Assembly (NCBI GenBank): GCA_020891255.1
Contig: BQFW01000013.1
Location: 1,860,001-1,924,000 of the forward strand
From: Entomortierella parvispora E1425
Lineage: Eukaryota > Fungi > Mortierellomycota
Direction: 5' to 3'
Length of the DNA stretch: 64,000 nucleotides
Position numbers and translations under genes: made by a program. The stretch's first letter is position 1. The number at the start of each line of letters is the position of its first letter. Of this stretch, positions 13,376 through 25,600 are shown piece by piece. A model generated the notes under the pieces. The model was given only the letters and a program-made list of their open reading frames with translations, ran no database searches and had not been told where the DNA came from.

Positions 13376-15028
13376 TTATCCGACTGAGACGCGAATCTTC
13401 CTATCTTCGTCCAGGTCAACTGTCAGTGAACTGGTCGCCATTGAATGAAGGTCCGTGAGGAAACTGGGCATTGGATTTGATGCCATGCCGAGAGGAATCA
13501 AACTCTTCACGCCTTCGATAACATTGCTCCCTTCAAAAACAACCTTGATAGGGAATGGCTGTCGTGATAACCGTCCCAAGCTAAAATCGTCAGATTCGGA
13601 AGTATAAGGCAGATTCAATTGCAAATCGACCTTTTGTAAGCTTGGTTGAGGGTTCGGTCCGAATTCCTTCTGTACAAATCGATCTCGCCTGACAATTATG
13701 GACATGTCCTCGGCCTGGATTTCTGTTGAGGGTATATCCTTTGCGTATTTGCGATGCAAGTCTATCGACGGCACGTAAAATCAAATAAGTGTCTGGGCGC
13801 GCTTTCACATTCCCCCTCAGCAAATGTCCAATCTCTGCCATCCGTATTACCGTGCTGCCAATCAATATTACCTTCTGGTTGTCGCTTTTTTGGCGTACTG
13901 GACAAAGGATTAATGTCGATTTGGTTTAATCGATATCGACTGTGAGCTCCCTGCGAGTCTTTTTGCAATAACAACTCTGCGAGGGACGAAGGTGACCGTC
14001 CCGTCAACGGCCACTCGTCGATCTCGCTCGCCTTGAATAACCTCATAACCGCCTAGATGAAATGAAAGAGTCCAAAAATGTCAGGTACTTATCTCTCTGG
14101 AAGCAGTGAGTTTGAAGAACAAATGGTCCTTGAAGGTACCTCCAATATAAAATCTTTCCATTCAGCCTTGATGGCCCCACTGAGGAGATACTCTGAATTT
14201 GCGAACCAGATGATGTATACGATCATTGGCGGTGTGGGCAGTATATTCGGCCTTAGTCCATCGTGTATGCTTATCCTGATCCAGACCATTTCTTTTTCCT
14301 GACGAACTTGAACGTGCTACAATAAAGTCAAATAAAAAAATGTTTTTTAGTCAGGATCGTTCTTACTGCTCCATCTAGGTCGAAGCAAACTGAGGGGTTA
14401 TGTTAGACCGCAAGCTAGATGCATGGTGGAAAGGGGGATTACATGCTTGAAATATGGCGCTAGGTGGAAGGATAGCGTCTTTTCAATCTTGAGGGGGTCC
14501 AAACGGAACATCGAGCTTTCTGTTCGACATCATGAGCTAAACTCGGTTAGATATTTTGATCCGACACTCTGTCCAACATCATGTCGAAAGGTTCAAAAAA
14601 AAGCCTCGCTCACCTGGACGATCAAACTCCAACTTCATGGCCTTCCAGCTCTTCAGATGGGCATGCTGTATGTAATACCGCAGGTCCAGTTCAGCGACCT
14701 GTCGCGCGTTAAGTCCCATGCTCCATTCGGACGTCAACATTCGATCGACCACGCGTTTCTTTTGACCCTTTTCTCTCATTGCATTGTACTGTTTCGCTAC
14801 ATGTTTCTGGTACCGCAATGGACTCCATGAACGCGTCGAACGGACCAAAGCGTCGTCGTCGTCATCAAGATCCATCTGCTGGTCCAATTCCTCCTCCTCC
14901 TCGGCGTCGACACGCGCGATCGGGTAGATGGGCAACCATTCCTGAACAATGTCAATCAGAGCATCCTTGGAGTGGTGGCTGATGATCCTGCGGAGCGCGG
15001 GTGAGTCAGGGAACAAGGCCGAGTCCAT
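13376..15028 (-). CDS. CHL4: Kinetochore protein CENP-N/Chl4/Mis15 family, multi-exon
   Basis: N-terminal pyrin-like helical region (ALRRIISHHSKDALIDIVQEW...LNARQVAELDLRYY...KSWKA) and C-terminal IKVVFEGSNVIEGVKSLIPLG...PMPSFL motif. Confidence 0.75.
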
Positions 15029-15208
15029 TGTTTAGGGGGGAGGATACATGCATCCAAACTGGGCTTTGCTCCAGGAGCTGAATGAAGCTCTGAACTCAGC
15101 CACCTCGCCTGGCTGAAATTTAGGACGCATGGCCACTGGCCACTTTTTTTTCCCTTTTTCTGAAAATGGTGGCGCACATCAAGTGCATTTTATTTCGTCA
15201 TTTTCGTT

Positions 15209-16478
15209 TTACTCGTCCTCCTCCATCTCTTCGTCCTGGTCGCCCAAGACTTTTTGCTTCTTGGCTGCAGGAGGAGTATCCTTGAGGTCGCTTGGGATCT
15301 TGCCTTCCTTCAAAGCTCGCTCCAGTCGTGCAATCTCATCCAGCTTGGTTGCCTTGGACAAAGCCACCTTGATCTTCTCCTGGTCTTCCTTTGACAACGT
15401 AAATGTAGGAACGCTCGACTTCAAAGGCAATGGCACACCCTCACCGGGTTCGAATGTGGAAGATTTCGTGGCTGAGATAGACTCTGCCAATGCTGATGGT
15501 CCTGATTTGCCCTCAAAGAGTCCTTTAGCCTCATCTCTCTCCTACAATTTAGGTAAATGAGCACGAGCAGTAGATATTAGAGGCGATTCAACAATTTTGG
15601 AAGACAATAAAGGGCATTTGAACCATCCACTTACCGCCTTCTTGACTTTCTCGAAATCCAAAACACGCACGCTTGGCAGCCTCCAGATAACCCATTGACG
15701 GTAATATTTCTTTTTTGTGACAGGGTTATCCAGGAGCGACAGAATATCGATCTTCTTGCAGCCAGCGAGGTGATCCAGGTCTGAGAGCTCCGCAATCGAA
15801 TTGTTGGTCAAGATCACAGTCGTCAGGTTGGGCAAGTATTGGCTCAAATTGGGGTCGATCTTGCTGATCCGGTTATTGCTCAACAACAGGCACTTGAGTC
15901 GGGGGAGCGATGGAAAATTCGACAATGATCGGATGTCGTTGTCGGTCAGATCAAGAGAGTCATTCAAATCCTGAGGTCCAGATTAACAAAAGAAAGGCAA
16001 TTGTAGAAGAACGCCACGGTTGTCGGAGGATTCATCGTTTTCAAGTAGATGATAACATGTCAGTTATACGGGATCATTGGCAAACGCGGGCCAAAACTAA
16101 GCAAACTAACTGCACTATCCATTGCGTCCTTACCTTTGTTACTCCAAGGTTCTCAATGGCAGGAATCTTGTGGCCTAGATGGACAAATCAGACAAACAGA
16201 AAACAATCGCGGTGCATGCAGTCAAGGGGTTCATATAGGTCTCCCAGAGGTAGTCTCACACAATGGTGGTCTCCTCGAAAGGTGGAAAAACAAAGTGATC
16301 GCGACATTTGGGCATTCATTCATTGCAACTTGAAAAAGAAACAGCAAACAGCAAACAGCAAGAAAGCATGGTGAAAAAAGACGACACGAAAGAAGATACT
16401 GCGCAAATCAAGCTCTCTGTCCTGAAGAGCATTCAAATAGCAAGGCGCCTGTGCAATGAGTTCTGGCGTGAGCTTCAT
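15209..16478 (-). CDS. LEA1: U2 snRNP protein A' (LRR), multi-exon
   Basis: MKLTPELIAQAPCYLNALQDRELDLR; LDLTDNDIRSLSNFPSLPRLKCLLLSNNRI; YYRQWVIWRLPSVRVLDFEKV; IARLERALKEGKIP. Confidence 0.95.
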
Positions 16479-16918
16479 GATCTGTGATTTGATGGTGGCG
16501 GCTGGACGGTGGCGATGACTGGATGAGAGAGATCAAACACATATGGCCACAATGTGGCCACGACTTTAGTAGAAATTAAGGGGTGCTTATTATCAATGCT
16601 CTTCTCCGATGTATTGACACCCCTCCAAGCTGACAAGAACCCGATGAGTCGTTCGTCTTCACTGCTCTCGCTCTATTGTTGGTATTGCTTCCTGATCTCG
16701 TCTTCTTCGCTCTCCGTGCCTCACTGTTGATGAACCATTCTTTAATGACAGGTCAACCTTGAAGTCAGTTTTCAGGTAGGTAGGGAAAGAACAGGAGGTA
16801 TTGTTCCTCCGCTGGCTTTAGTCACTCATTCGTTGGTGTTTAGTGGAAGGATATGAAAATAAGAGGCTTATAGTACACATCTCGTTTATTCAGGAGTGAA
16901 GAGCTTTGCGCGAGCAAA

Positions 16919-17281
16919 TCAGGCGGCCAACTGTGGATCTTTCAGGGAACAGCTTTCGTCCATCTCCCAAAACAATATCTGACGAGATCCAATGACAGTA
17001 AGCAAAAATGCGGTAACTTCACTGTCCTCTTTCAGCTTCATGATTTCGGGTCTAGCGACATACTCTCCAAGTTGTTGACGTGGAGACTTGTTCCCATAGT
17101 CCGCAACAGGGCCTTATGTAATCCAGACTCGAATAGTCTGTCCCGGTCTCCACCGATCGTGCTGAGAAAACTGAAGATTAAGAACGTCTTGCACATGGAC
17201 CAAGTTTTCAATATACCTGGCTTTTTCGAGGCGACTCCTTGACATGCCAATATCCAAATAATCGATCTGAATCGCCTTCCA
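16919..17281 (-). pseudogene. Relic C-terminal fragment resembling AAA-ATPase-like/PD-(D/E)XK (DUF1703-type) proteins
   Basis: 121-codon frame WKAIQIDYLDIG...DRWRPGQTIRVWIT*GPV...SPRQQLGEYV...AFLLTVIGSRQILFWEMD with one in-frame TAA at 17114-17116. Family recalled from memory. Confidence 0.45.
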
Positions 17282-17301
17282 TCCTATACATCTAGAGTAC
17301 T

Positions 17302-19812
17302 TTATTGTAACGCTTGCAAGGCTCTGTCCATCTCGTATAACTCCATCAAATCTGGATGCTCGGACTCTAATCCATAATGACCTTGATAGAGTTTGATTGC
17401 GTTCTGGATGTGCACCTTTGCTTCCTTGGGCTGCAGACTATTTTACGATAAATAGGAAGTTTAGTGAACATGCTCAGTTCAATATATGGTGCTCGTTCAG
17501 GGGCAGACAATAAGGTCCTTACTTGTTGAAATACAGCCCTGCGAGCTTCAGTGTCTCCTGGGCAACTTCGATCGAGTCGTGTGGAAAGTGAACAGTGACA
17601 ACCTTGAGAGCCTTCTTGCACCATTCAATCGACTGGCCAAGATCTCCATATTGAGCATGAACCATTGCCAACTGATCACATGTATTGCCGTATAACACGC
17701 AAGTGTTCACGAACGTCTTTGCCTGTGTGCTCTCTAGTGCCTTGAGCAGAGTCAGTCGTTTTGGTAAGGTCAGACTAGGATCCTGAGATTCCGTCAAGAG
17801 TCGAGCCATTAATTGTGTCATCTAGAAAGGGTTGAACAAGGACACTGTGTTGGCAAAAGGCGATGAAGCAAAGAGAAATCACATTGAAAAAAAAACCCCC
17901 CCTGCTTACTTTGTGCCTCAGAGCCATATCGACCTCTGCTCCACATGTAGGACATGTTGTCTCAGAATCAGTCATTGCCCGACATGCATAGCCTCCTTTG
18001 GGACATTTAAACATCTTTTGCCTCAACGTTTCGGCGTACCTAGTGGAGCAGTGGCGTGAGGTTAGTCGCGTATCAACTACACCCTCCGTATCTCATTATA
18101 AAGAATACTTACATATCATTACAGGCTGAGCAATTACACTCGAAGAGATACGACTGAAGTAGCATCTCCTTTCTCAAGTCTGTGGCCATTCTACCACCTT
18201 GAGGCCCATAAGAGATCTCGATGCAGACTGGTGGAGACTTTTCTTTTGACAAGTCAAGCTGCATCCGTCTTGTCGTCACTACATTCATCTTTCGGGGGTC
18301 CGGTAGAGTCGCTCCTGACTCCTTGTCTCCCGTACTATCGGTTTGGACCCTTGTCTTGGTATTGTTACCAAACACTGTCATGGCTGAGGGTGCACAGCTG
18401 TGGTTTAAAAGCGAGGCTAGAAGATACACTCCAGATCCAATCACATAGTGGTTGACTCGCATCATCATGTCCGAGCCAAGTGCCGGTTCGGTTACGTCGT
18501 TCTTGATTGAAAACGAGTTGAATTGGACCAGAGCCTGCAGGTAGGCCAGCTCCATTGTTACTACCGGAATGGAGGACCAGGCTACGTCTACTCCATTCAG
18601 GTCTTCAAGGCCAGGGTGCGAGTCAGCCTGGGTCAAACCGAGCAGATGCTGGAGGTAGTATCCAGTCATAATGTAGGACATCCTCATTATTTGATTGATC
18701 TTGTGAAAGTTGTGACAGAGCTGTGCTGGTGTAAGACCCGATCCATCAGAGTCCGAGCTGGAGATGCGAGCCACTTCGCTGTCGAGTGTTAACCCTGCGG
18801 CAGCCTTTGTAAGTTTGGCGATCTTTGATCCTGAAGATGACACGAGTGAAGCAGACGAACTCATGGATGATGACTTGGGAATGAGAGATGAAAGGGTTGG
18901 CTTTGAAGTCGAGCTTGGGGGGGAGGTAACTGGGTTTGCTGTTGCATTGTTTCCCGTCATGCGAATGTTGTGTCGACGATTCTTCCAGAAAATCCTCAAG
19001 GCCAGACGCGTCTGCTTGCCGAGCTGCTTCAACTCGTTGCCAAATCGACACTCGAACTGATGCCATGCTGCCCATGCCTCCCTCTGGCAGGACTCGCTAC
19101 AGAAGAGTACGGGTCCATCATGTCGCTCAAGGCTGCCCTTGTATATCTCCTCATCGTCAACAAGAGACAGGGACCTTGATTTCGGAGAAGCAGTGACAGA
19201 AGCCGGGGTTGGGGCTGGACACTCCAAGCAAGATTTCCATAAACTCTTATCCTCCGGAAGGACCCTGAGGCATTCGTCACATAGCTTTCCTCGCCAGACA
19301 TCCTCGACGAGCGAAGCGTATGGCAGCTCGTCCTTCTCAAACAGTCTCGTTCCCGACTCGACCTTTCCACCTGCCTCTGTTGCTGCTCTCGTCTCGTGGG
19401 AGATATCTCTCCTCAGCTCTATCGAATGACCCGTCAGTTTAGAGTATCCGATCTTGAACCGACGATCTAGCCTGACCCGTTGAAGCGTCGTTGCGGACGC
19501 GTTGTGGTCCACAGCATTCGATATAATCTCTGAGCCCGGTGCTTTTGCTACGTCAGCACGAGCCGTCGCGGCTTGGAGGTCTGCACTGGGGACAAAATGT
19601 TCCTGAACGGTCGAAAAGTCCGAGTCTGGCACGGTCATGATAAACGGCAGGGAGTTGCGCGCGAAGCAGGCCAAGACGGGCGAGTCCAAAAAGTCGTCAA
19701 TCTTTTTCGCAGGCTTCGATTTCAGGGCCATCTTTGAATGTGCATGGTTGCGATCATGGGCAGGGCCATGGTTGTGCGGGTGTGTGTGGGAATGCTTGGC
19801 CTTGGTTGCCAT
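17302..19812 (-). CDS. SET/MYND (SMYD-like) methyltransferase with C-terminal TPR-like helices, multi-exon
   Basis: MYND-like CDEC...CLEC...FCSESCQREAWAAWHQFEC; SET motifs QFNSF, SLLNHSCAPSA, EISYGP; post-SET YLFECNCSAC; helical C-terminus ending DRALQALQ* at 17302. Confidence 0.85.
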
Positions 19813-19985
19813 GACTAACGCCGTGCGGAATGACTGATGGAGACAAGGGGGCAGAGAGAAGGGGAGGGGGAGAAGAAGAGCAAGGTTGGAACAAAGGAAA
19901 GGGGACGAGCAACATTTGCAGGAGCCGAAACAGCTGGAGTTGGCTTTTTTATAAATTCATTGGCTATGAATGCGGCATTGGCATC

Positions 19986-21101
19986 TCACATGCGCGCCTT
20001 TTCTTTGTTCTTGTTGAAGAACTTTGTGATCCCCTCTTGGAACTCGCCGCTCGTCAGCGTCTCGATCCCAAGCTCGTACTCCTTGATCATCGCCTCTCGG
20101 ATCGGGTTTGCGAAATGGGTGCTCAGTCGATCGTTCCTCATGCACGTCTGCGGATGCTCCCACAGCGATTCGGCCAGGGCCAGGGCCTGCTGCAAGGCCG
20201 GAGTTTCGTTCACGGTCTCGTACGAGGGTGGGAAGCAGGTCGCGAGCTGGATCTTGAGGGCCTCTTGCGCCTTGACAGCGCGACTTTTTTTTTTGTTGCA
20301 TAACGCGCAACAGCACAACAAAACCGAGGATTAGTCGCAAAGTCCCTTCTCCACACGATTGTAGGATCAACCAACGCGGCCCTGGTCATCAATGCTTACC
20401 CTGTCAGCATCAAATCCATGGCAACACCACGACCAACGACCTGGGGCAGTCTGACGGTACCCCCGTCAATCAGTGGGACCCCTCGGAGTCGACAAAAGAC
20501 CCCAAGAGTAGCCGTGGGATCGACGATGCGGATGTCGCACCAAAGCGCCAGCTCGATCCCTCCGGCAACAGCATACCCAGAAATGGCAGCGATCACTGGC
20601 TTGGAGAGGACCATGCGAGAAGGTCTACAAGATGATATTCACCTAGTCAGTGTCGGATATAAAGAATTGATGGCCATGGCTGAACCCTTTGCCTTGGTCT
20701 ACGTGAATTACCCCATCGGCCCAATGGGCCCTGGTAGCGTGTCTGGCCACTCAGAGGACATGGGGTTTGCCTCGTCTTGATTCAAAATCGCGGCAAGGTC
20801 GGCCCCTGCACAAAAGTTGCCGCCTGCACCTGTCAAAATGGCGACTGCAGCCTAATCAGGGACAACTGTTTTAGTGGGGAGGATGAAGATGAGGGAACGG
20901 TGTTGTGTCGGTGCCTGTCTATTAGAAAAAGAAGCCATCACTTGCCGTGGAATCGGCGTCAAAGTCCAAAAAGGCCTGGTACAGTGCTCGAGCGGTAGGC
21001 CCATTCACACAATTGCGCTTGTGGGGTCGATTGATAGTGATGATTGTGGTCTTTCCTCTCTTCTCGACCAAAACGAGCGTTGCAGGATCTTCTTTGACCA
21101 T
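19986..21101 (-). CDS. Enoyl-CoA hydratase/isomerase (crotonase) family, multi-exon
   Basis: MVKEDPATLVLVEKRGKTTIITINRPHKRNCVNGPTA; SKPVIAAISGYAVAGGIELALWCDIRI; FCRLRGVPLIDGGTVRLP. Confidence 0.9.
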
Positions 21102-21364
21102 CGTAACGGGTATATGTGTATATTAAGGGCGGAAAAATGAAAAGGATATTAGAGCAAAAATGAGAAGCGGGAAGAAAGAGCGAAAACGAGAGAAATTGAG
21201 CCATTCAAATCTTTGAAGCGAACCGAAGGGTCCTGTGCTGTGTGGCCTCGTGAAATTTTGTGTATTTGACAACATTTATTGAATGTTTTTTGATATTCTT
21301 CACTATCATTATGCCGACTTCCTCGTCGCTGCCACTACCCGCCATTTGGTCACCTCCAAATCAT

Positions 21365-23268
21365 CTAAGCAGACTCTGTTGCAACAGCGGTGGAAGGGTG
21401 GTTCTTCTCGTGCTGGGCAGCCTTGATCTGGGCAGCCTCGCGCTTGTCGATCGAGGTAGCCAAAACCTGGGAACGGAAAGAGAGACCCTTGGTCCTCTCG
21501 ATAATCTGCTGGTAAACCGACGTTTGGTTGGTGTTCATCAAGACTGTGTTCTCCTGGAAATCAATCTTGGCATCCACCCTCGTGTCACGGATCAAGTTGA
21601 CGATCCACTTCTCACCCTCCTCCTTGGTCATGTTCAATGTCTTGGAAAGATCTCCAATGTCAATCTTTTGGTGGATACGGCAGTATGTCTCCGAGATGAA
21701 GCAACGGGCGTTCTGAATGAAATCCTCCTGAATGGCGACCAAGAAAAAGTCGTTCTCCAAAACCTCCTCGCACTCGACCAACTTTTGCTTAGCGAGCTCG
21801 AAATCAAAGTTGACGTAGAGAGCCTCGACAAACTCAGTGACGGGATCCCGGTATTGGTATGACTCGTGCTCAATGACCTTGACAAGATCCTTGAGCAAGT
21901 TCTTGCGGCGCTTGTTGGTGACGACAGCAGCCGACAAGTAACGGAGAATCCATGGGCATGAAGTTTGGATGGTGTTGATGTAGGCGGGCTGGAAGAACAA
22001 ATCAATGACGGCATCACGACCCTTGGGGTGGTTGAAGAAAACGAACAAAGACCAGTGAAGGAACCAAGTGCGCTGCTCCAACTGATGAAGGGGCGAGGCA
22101 AAGTGCTATTGAGACATGAATAATATTGAACAACAGTTAGAGACCCTGCCAGTGCCACCAAAAAATAAGAGTACCAAAGTCCAGCCGAAAGGGGATAATA
22201 ACATACATGCTTGTCAATGCTCTCCTTCAACTCCTGGATAGCCTCATAGGCAACCTCCCAGTTTCCGATCAAGATCTCGGAGGCCAACTTGCCCCAAAGA
22301 GCAGAGAGACCAGTAGTATCGTCGGTCGACTAAGCAAAAACAGGCAAAATAAAGAAACATGGGTTAGCAATCTTCATCATTTAAAGATATTGTTTGCGCA
22401 ATTGATTTTTCCTTACCAAGACACGGTAATGGTACAACATATCAGCAGCACCACCATAGTTTCCGCAGCTGTACTGGAACTGGCCGAACTTGTAAAGAGT
22501 CTGGATCATCTCGGGGGTCATCTAAATAAAGCAATCGAAATTAAAATACTGTACAACATGTCATGATCACCAAGTAAGTTCCTGAGTATCCGCAGGGAGT
22601 GAAGAGAGGGTGTATCATCACGTACGCCATAGTTGTCCTTCAAGAACTGCAAGTTCTGGAGCTTATCCTGACGCAAAGCAGCAATAACGTCGGGGTTCTC
22701 GATCACATCCATGACCTTCTGTGCCTCGGCCTGGGAGTTCTGCAATTGCTCCAAAATGTCCTCACGCTTCTTGACCAACTCAATGGCTATCATACGAAGT
22801 AAAGGATGGGTCAGCACGAGTCGCTCGAGCGTGATGGTCTTCATCATTATCCAGGCTTAACCAACTCACCAGCGGGAGTGACACCAGCCTCCTGCAACTC
22901 GCCGTTGAGCTTGTCGATAAAGTCGATCATGTTGGTCTTCAAAGAGAGCTCATAACGGGCCTCCAACAGAGTGGTGGGAGTGTAAAAGAGCTATGGGTTT
23001 TCGTTTTGGTGGCGAACAAGAAATGTGATTCCAGATATTAGTGGCGACGATGCAAAGAGCACAAATCCATGTAGCAGCCCTGTCAGCTTGAAGAGGTTCA
23101 TGTGTAGGAGCATGGACATTTCCAGTGCCCAACAGCAATGAATTCCAGGTTGTCGATCCTGTGTTGAAGCAGTACCTCGTTAATTTCCAAGAACTCGAGG
23201 AGGGGGAAGACGAGGTGGAGATCCAGGAAGGGGATCATCTTCGAGGTGAGATCGTACTGGGCGGCCAT
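21365..23268 (-). CDS. INT6: Translation initiation factor eIF3 subunit e (PCI domain), multi-exon
   Basis: [27 protein letters not shown]; [22 protein letters not shown]; [10 protein letters not shown]; [16 protein letters not shown]. Confidence 0.95.
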
Positions 23269-23773
23269 GTTGGATGATGATGCGTCCTGCTCGGGAGAAG
23301 AATGCAAAGAGGGGAGAGGGGCGCGCGGAAGCAGGGAGGGATGGGAGAATGGAAGGATGGATGGATGGATGAAAAACTGCCTTTGAAGTACGACCAGACG
23401 GTGCCTGCGAACGAGGCCTTGCCAGGGCCTGTGGGCAAGGGCGCTTGCTCTGCAGTAGCGCCGTGCAGCTGTTGCATGCCTTTTGCACGGCGTAGATCAG
23501 CCTGGATCGACTTCATAGAAAAATAAACAAATTTTCAGGCGCAGCCTGTGCGACACTGTGCCTCCCGTGACGAAATACAGACGCCACCAATATTGGTTTA
23601 CTGGAATAAAAAATAAATTAATACAAGCATTTTTATTCAATATTGAATAAAAATCGTAGTCACGTGCTCCGTAAGGAGCGTTTTCGCCGTGCCTGACCAT
23701 GCCACATGCTCACACGCTACACCGCATGCTCCATGCGCATCTTTCCACGCTCAAAATTTCCTAAAACCTCACC

Positions 23774-25463
23774 ATGTTAAACTCTAAAGACACACCGCCA
23801 TCACAGGACGGCAGTGCCACCGGTGAAACAACCCCGGCAACAGCCACAGCTGGGTCTACTGCCGAGCAGAAAAAGTTCAGCCGAGAAAAACACATTCAGT
23901 ACTTTAAGCGCACTCTTCAGATGATGCCTCAACCATATACCTCCATGGACACTCATCGGTAATAACAAATGACTTAACAGTACTCTCCACTTGGGAGGAA
24001 GAATATGCCTTCATTTTAAATGATGTCACCAACGTTCTCACTCTTATAACTCGTGTTCCTGATTTGGATATAGAATGATGTTGGGCATGTTTGCGCTGAG
24101 CGGGCTAGAACTTCTCGGGGTCTTGGAAGAGACAGTTTCGGAGGTCGATCGAAAGGACTGGATTGAATGGGTCTATTCTCAGCAAAGAGTCCCAGCAGAT
24201 GGAGAGACTGAATACCAAGGTGAGCTAAAGGATTTTTACTTCCCTGATATTGGCGTCTCGAGATATTAAATCTGGCATTTGGTCTCCCTTAGACAAGAGC
24301 GAGGCCCTTTATGGCTTTGGAGGTGGACCGTTCTCAGGACTTCGATTTCAAGAGGCCAGCGAGAACAAAGAAAACAGAGGATGCGAATGTGGAGAACACG
24401 CGACTTTGCATGATACAGCCCACATTACGATGACCTACACTGCCTTGATGACACTTGTCCTCCTAGGGGACGACCTGTCAAGGGTGGCCAAGGAACCTAT
24501 CTTGAGATCATTGAGAAGACTTCAAGGAGAGGATGGATGCTTTATTCCTTGCGTCACAGACCAACAGTCGGATCTTCGCTTTGTCTACAGTGCTGCCGCG
24601 ATATCATATCTTCTGAATGACTGGTCTGGCTTTGACAAGGCAAGGGCCTTGAAGTTTATCAGAAACTGCAATACATACGAGCATGGGTTCTCTCAGAGCC
24701 CGCGGCAAGAAGCGCATGGAGGCACGACATATTGCGCAATTGCTACGCTGGGTCTGATGGGCGGCAACGCCGACAAGGACCAGAAAATGATAATGGCCGA
24801 GCACGCAGTACATCAACTCAACAGTGAACCGCAGGAACCACTGGAAGAGCTTCTTAGTCAATCTGGATATGTAGACAAAGAAGGAACACGCCGCTGGTGT
24901 ATTCAGAGACAGGCGACTGACTTCCAGGAGATGGACGAGCACGCAGCACATCAACTCAAGAATGAACAGCAGGAATCCCTGGAAGAGCTTCTTAGTCAAT
25001 CTGGATATGTGGACAAAGAAGGGACACGCCGCTGGTGCATTCAGAGACAGACGACTGGCTTCCAGGGGAGGATCAACAAGCCGACAGACACCTGCTACTC
25101 TTTCTGGGTTGGAGGCTCACTTGCGATCCTGGGCAGCTTTGATCTTGTCAACTTTGAGTACAACCGCGGGTACCTTATGGAGACTCAGCATCCCAGTCTC
25201 GGAGGTTTTGGAAAATGGCCAGACGTGTTTCCAGGTGAAGCTTTGTCCTTTTTTTTTGAGTCCCTCAAATGCTGCCGATGGATGTTAACGCTTTTTATTT
25301 CGTTATTGTGATAGATGTGATGCACTCCTACATGGGCCTTGCGGGGTTGGCTTTGATGGGCGAGCCCGGGGTCCGACCCTTGAACCCGTTGTTGAGTGCG
25401 TCCACACGGATTATGGAAAGAATCCACACAGAGACAGTGTTCTGGAAGACCCACGCGCAATAA
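23774..25463 (+). CDS. CDC43: Geranylgeranyltransferase type-I beta subunit, multi-exon, with internal duplication
   Basis: FSREKHIQYFKR; HITMTYTAL...LGDDLSRV; SDLRFVYSAAAI; EAHGGTTYCAIA; RQTTGFQGRINKPTDTCYSFW; DVMHSYMGLAGL. Confidence 0.93.
24799..25066 (+). repeat. In-frame tandem duplication, 138-bp period (46 aa), inside GGTase-I beta
   Basis: Copies 24799-24928 and 24937-25066 differ at 11 of 130 nt by manual count. Confidence 0.95.
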
Positions 25464-25600
25464 ATTGGTGGCAACCGCCAAGAAGGCTGACAGTCACGAG
25501 ATGCCAAAGATGCATGCAGCCCAGTGGGCAACAGCCTTCCTTTCTTCCTCACCTTTTCCTCACCCTTCCAACTCTTGTCTGCATCATCACCATCATCATC

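Noticed and set aside
22560-22625. Possible intronic C/D snoRNA in eIF3e (GTGATGA near the intron 5' end); a similar check was made in the long NOC2 intron
   Set aside because: No properly placed CTGA D box or terminal stem; the C-box-like sequence abuts the splice donor.
24808-24946. Idea that the GGTase duplication created a new intron (GT in copy 1, AG in copy 2)
   Set aside because: This GT...AG span is 139 nt, so splicing would shift the frame; no strong donor gives an exact 138-nt removal.
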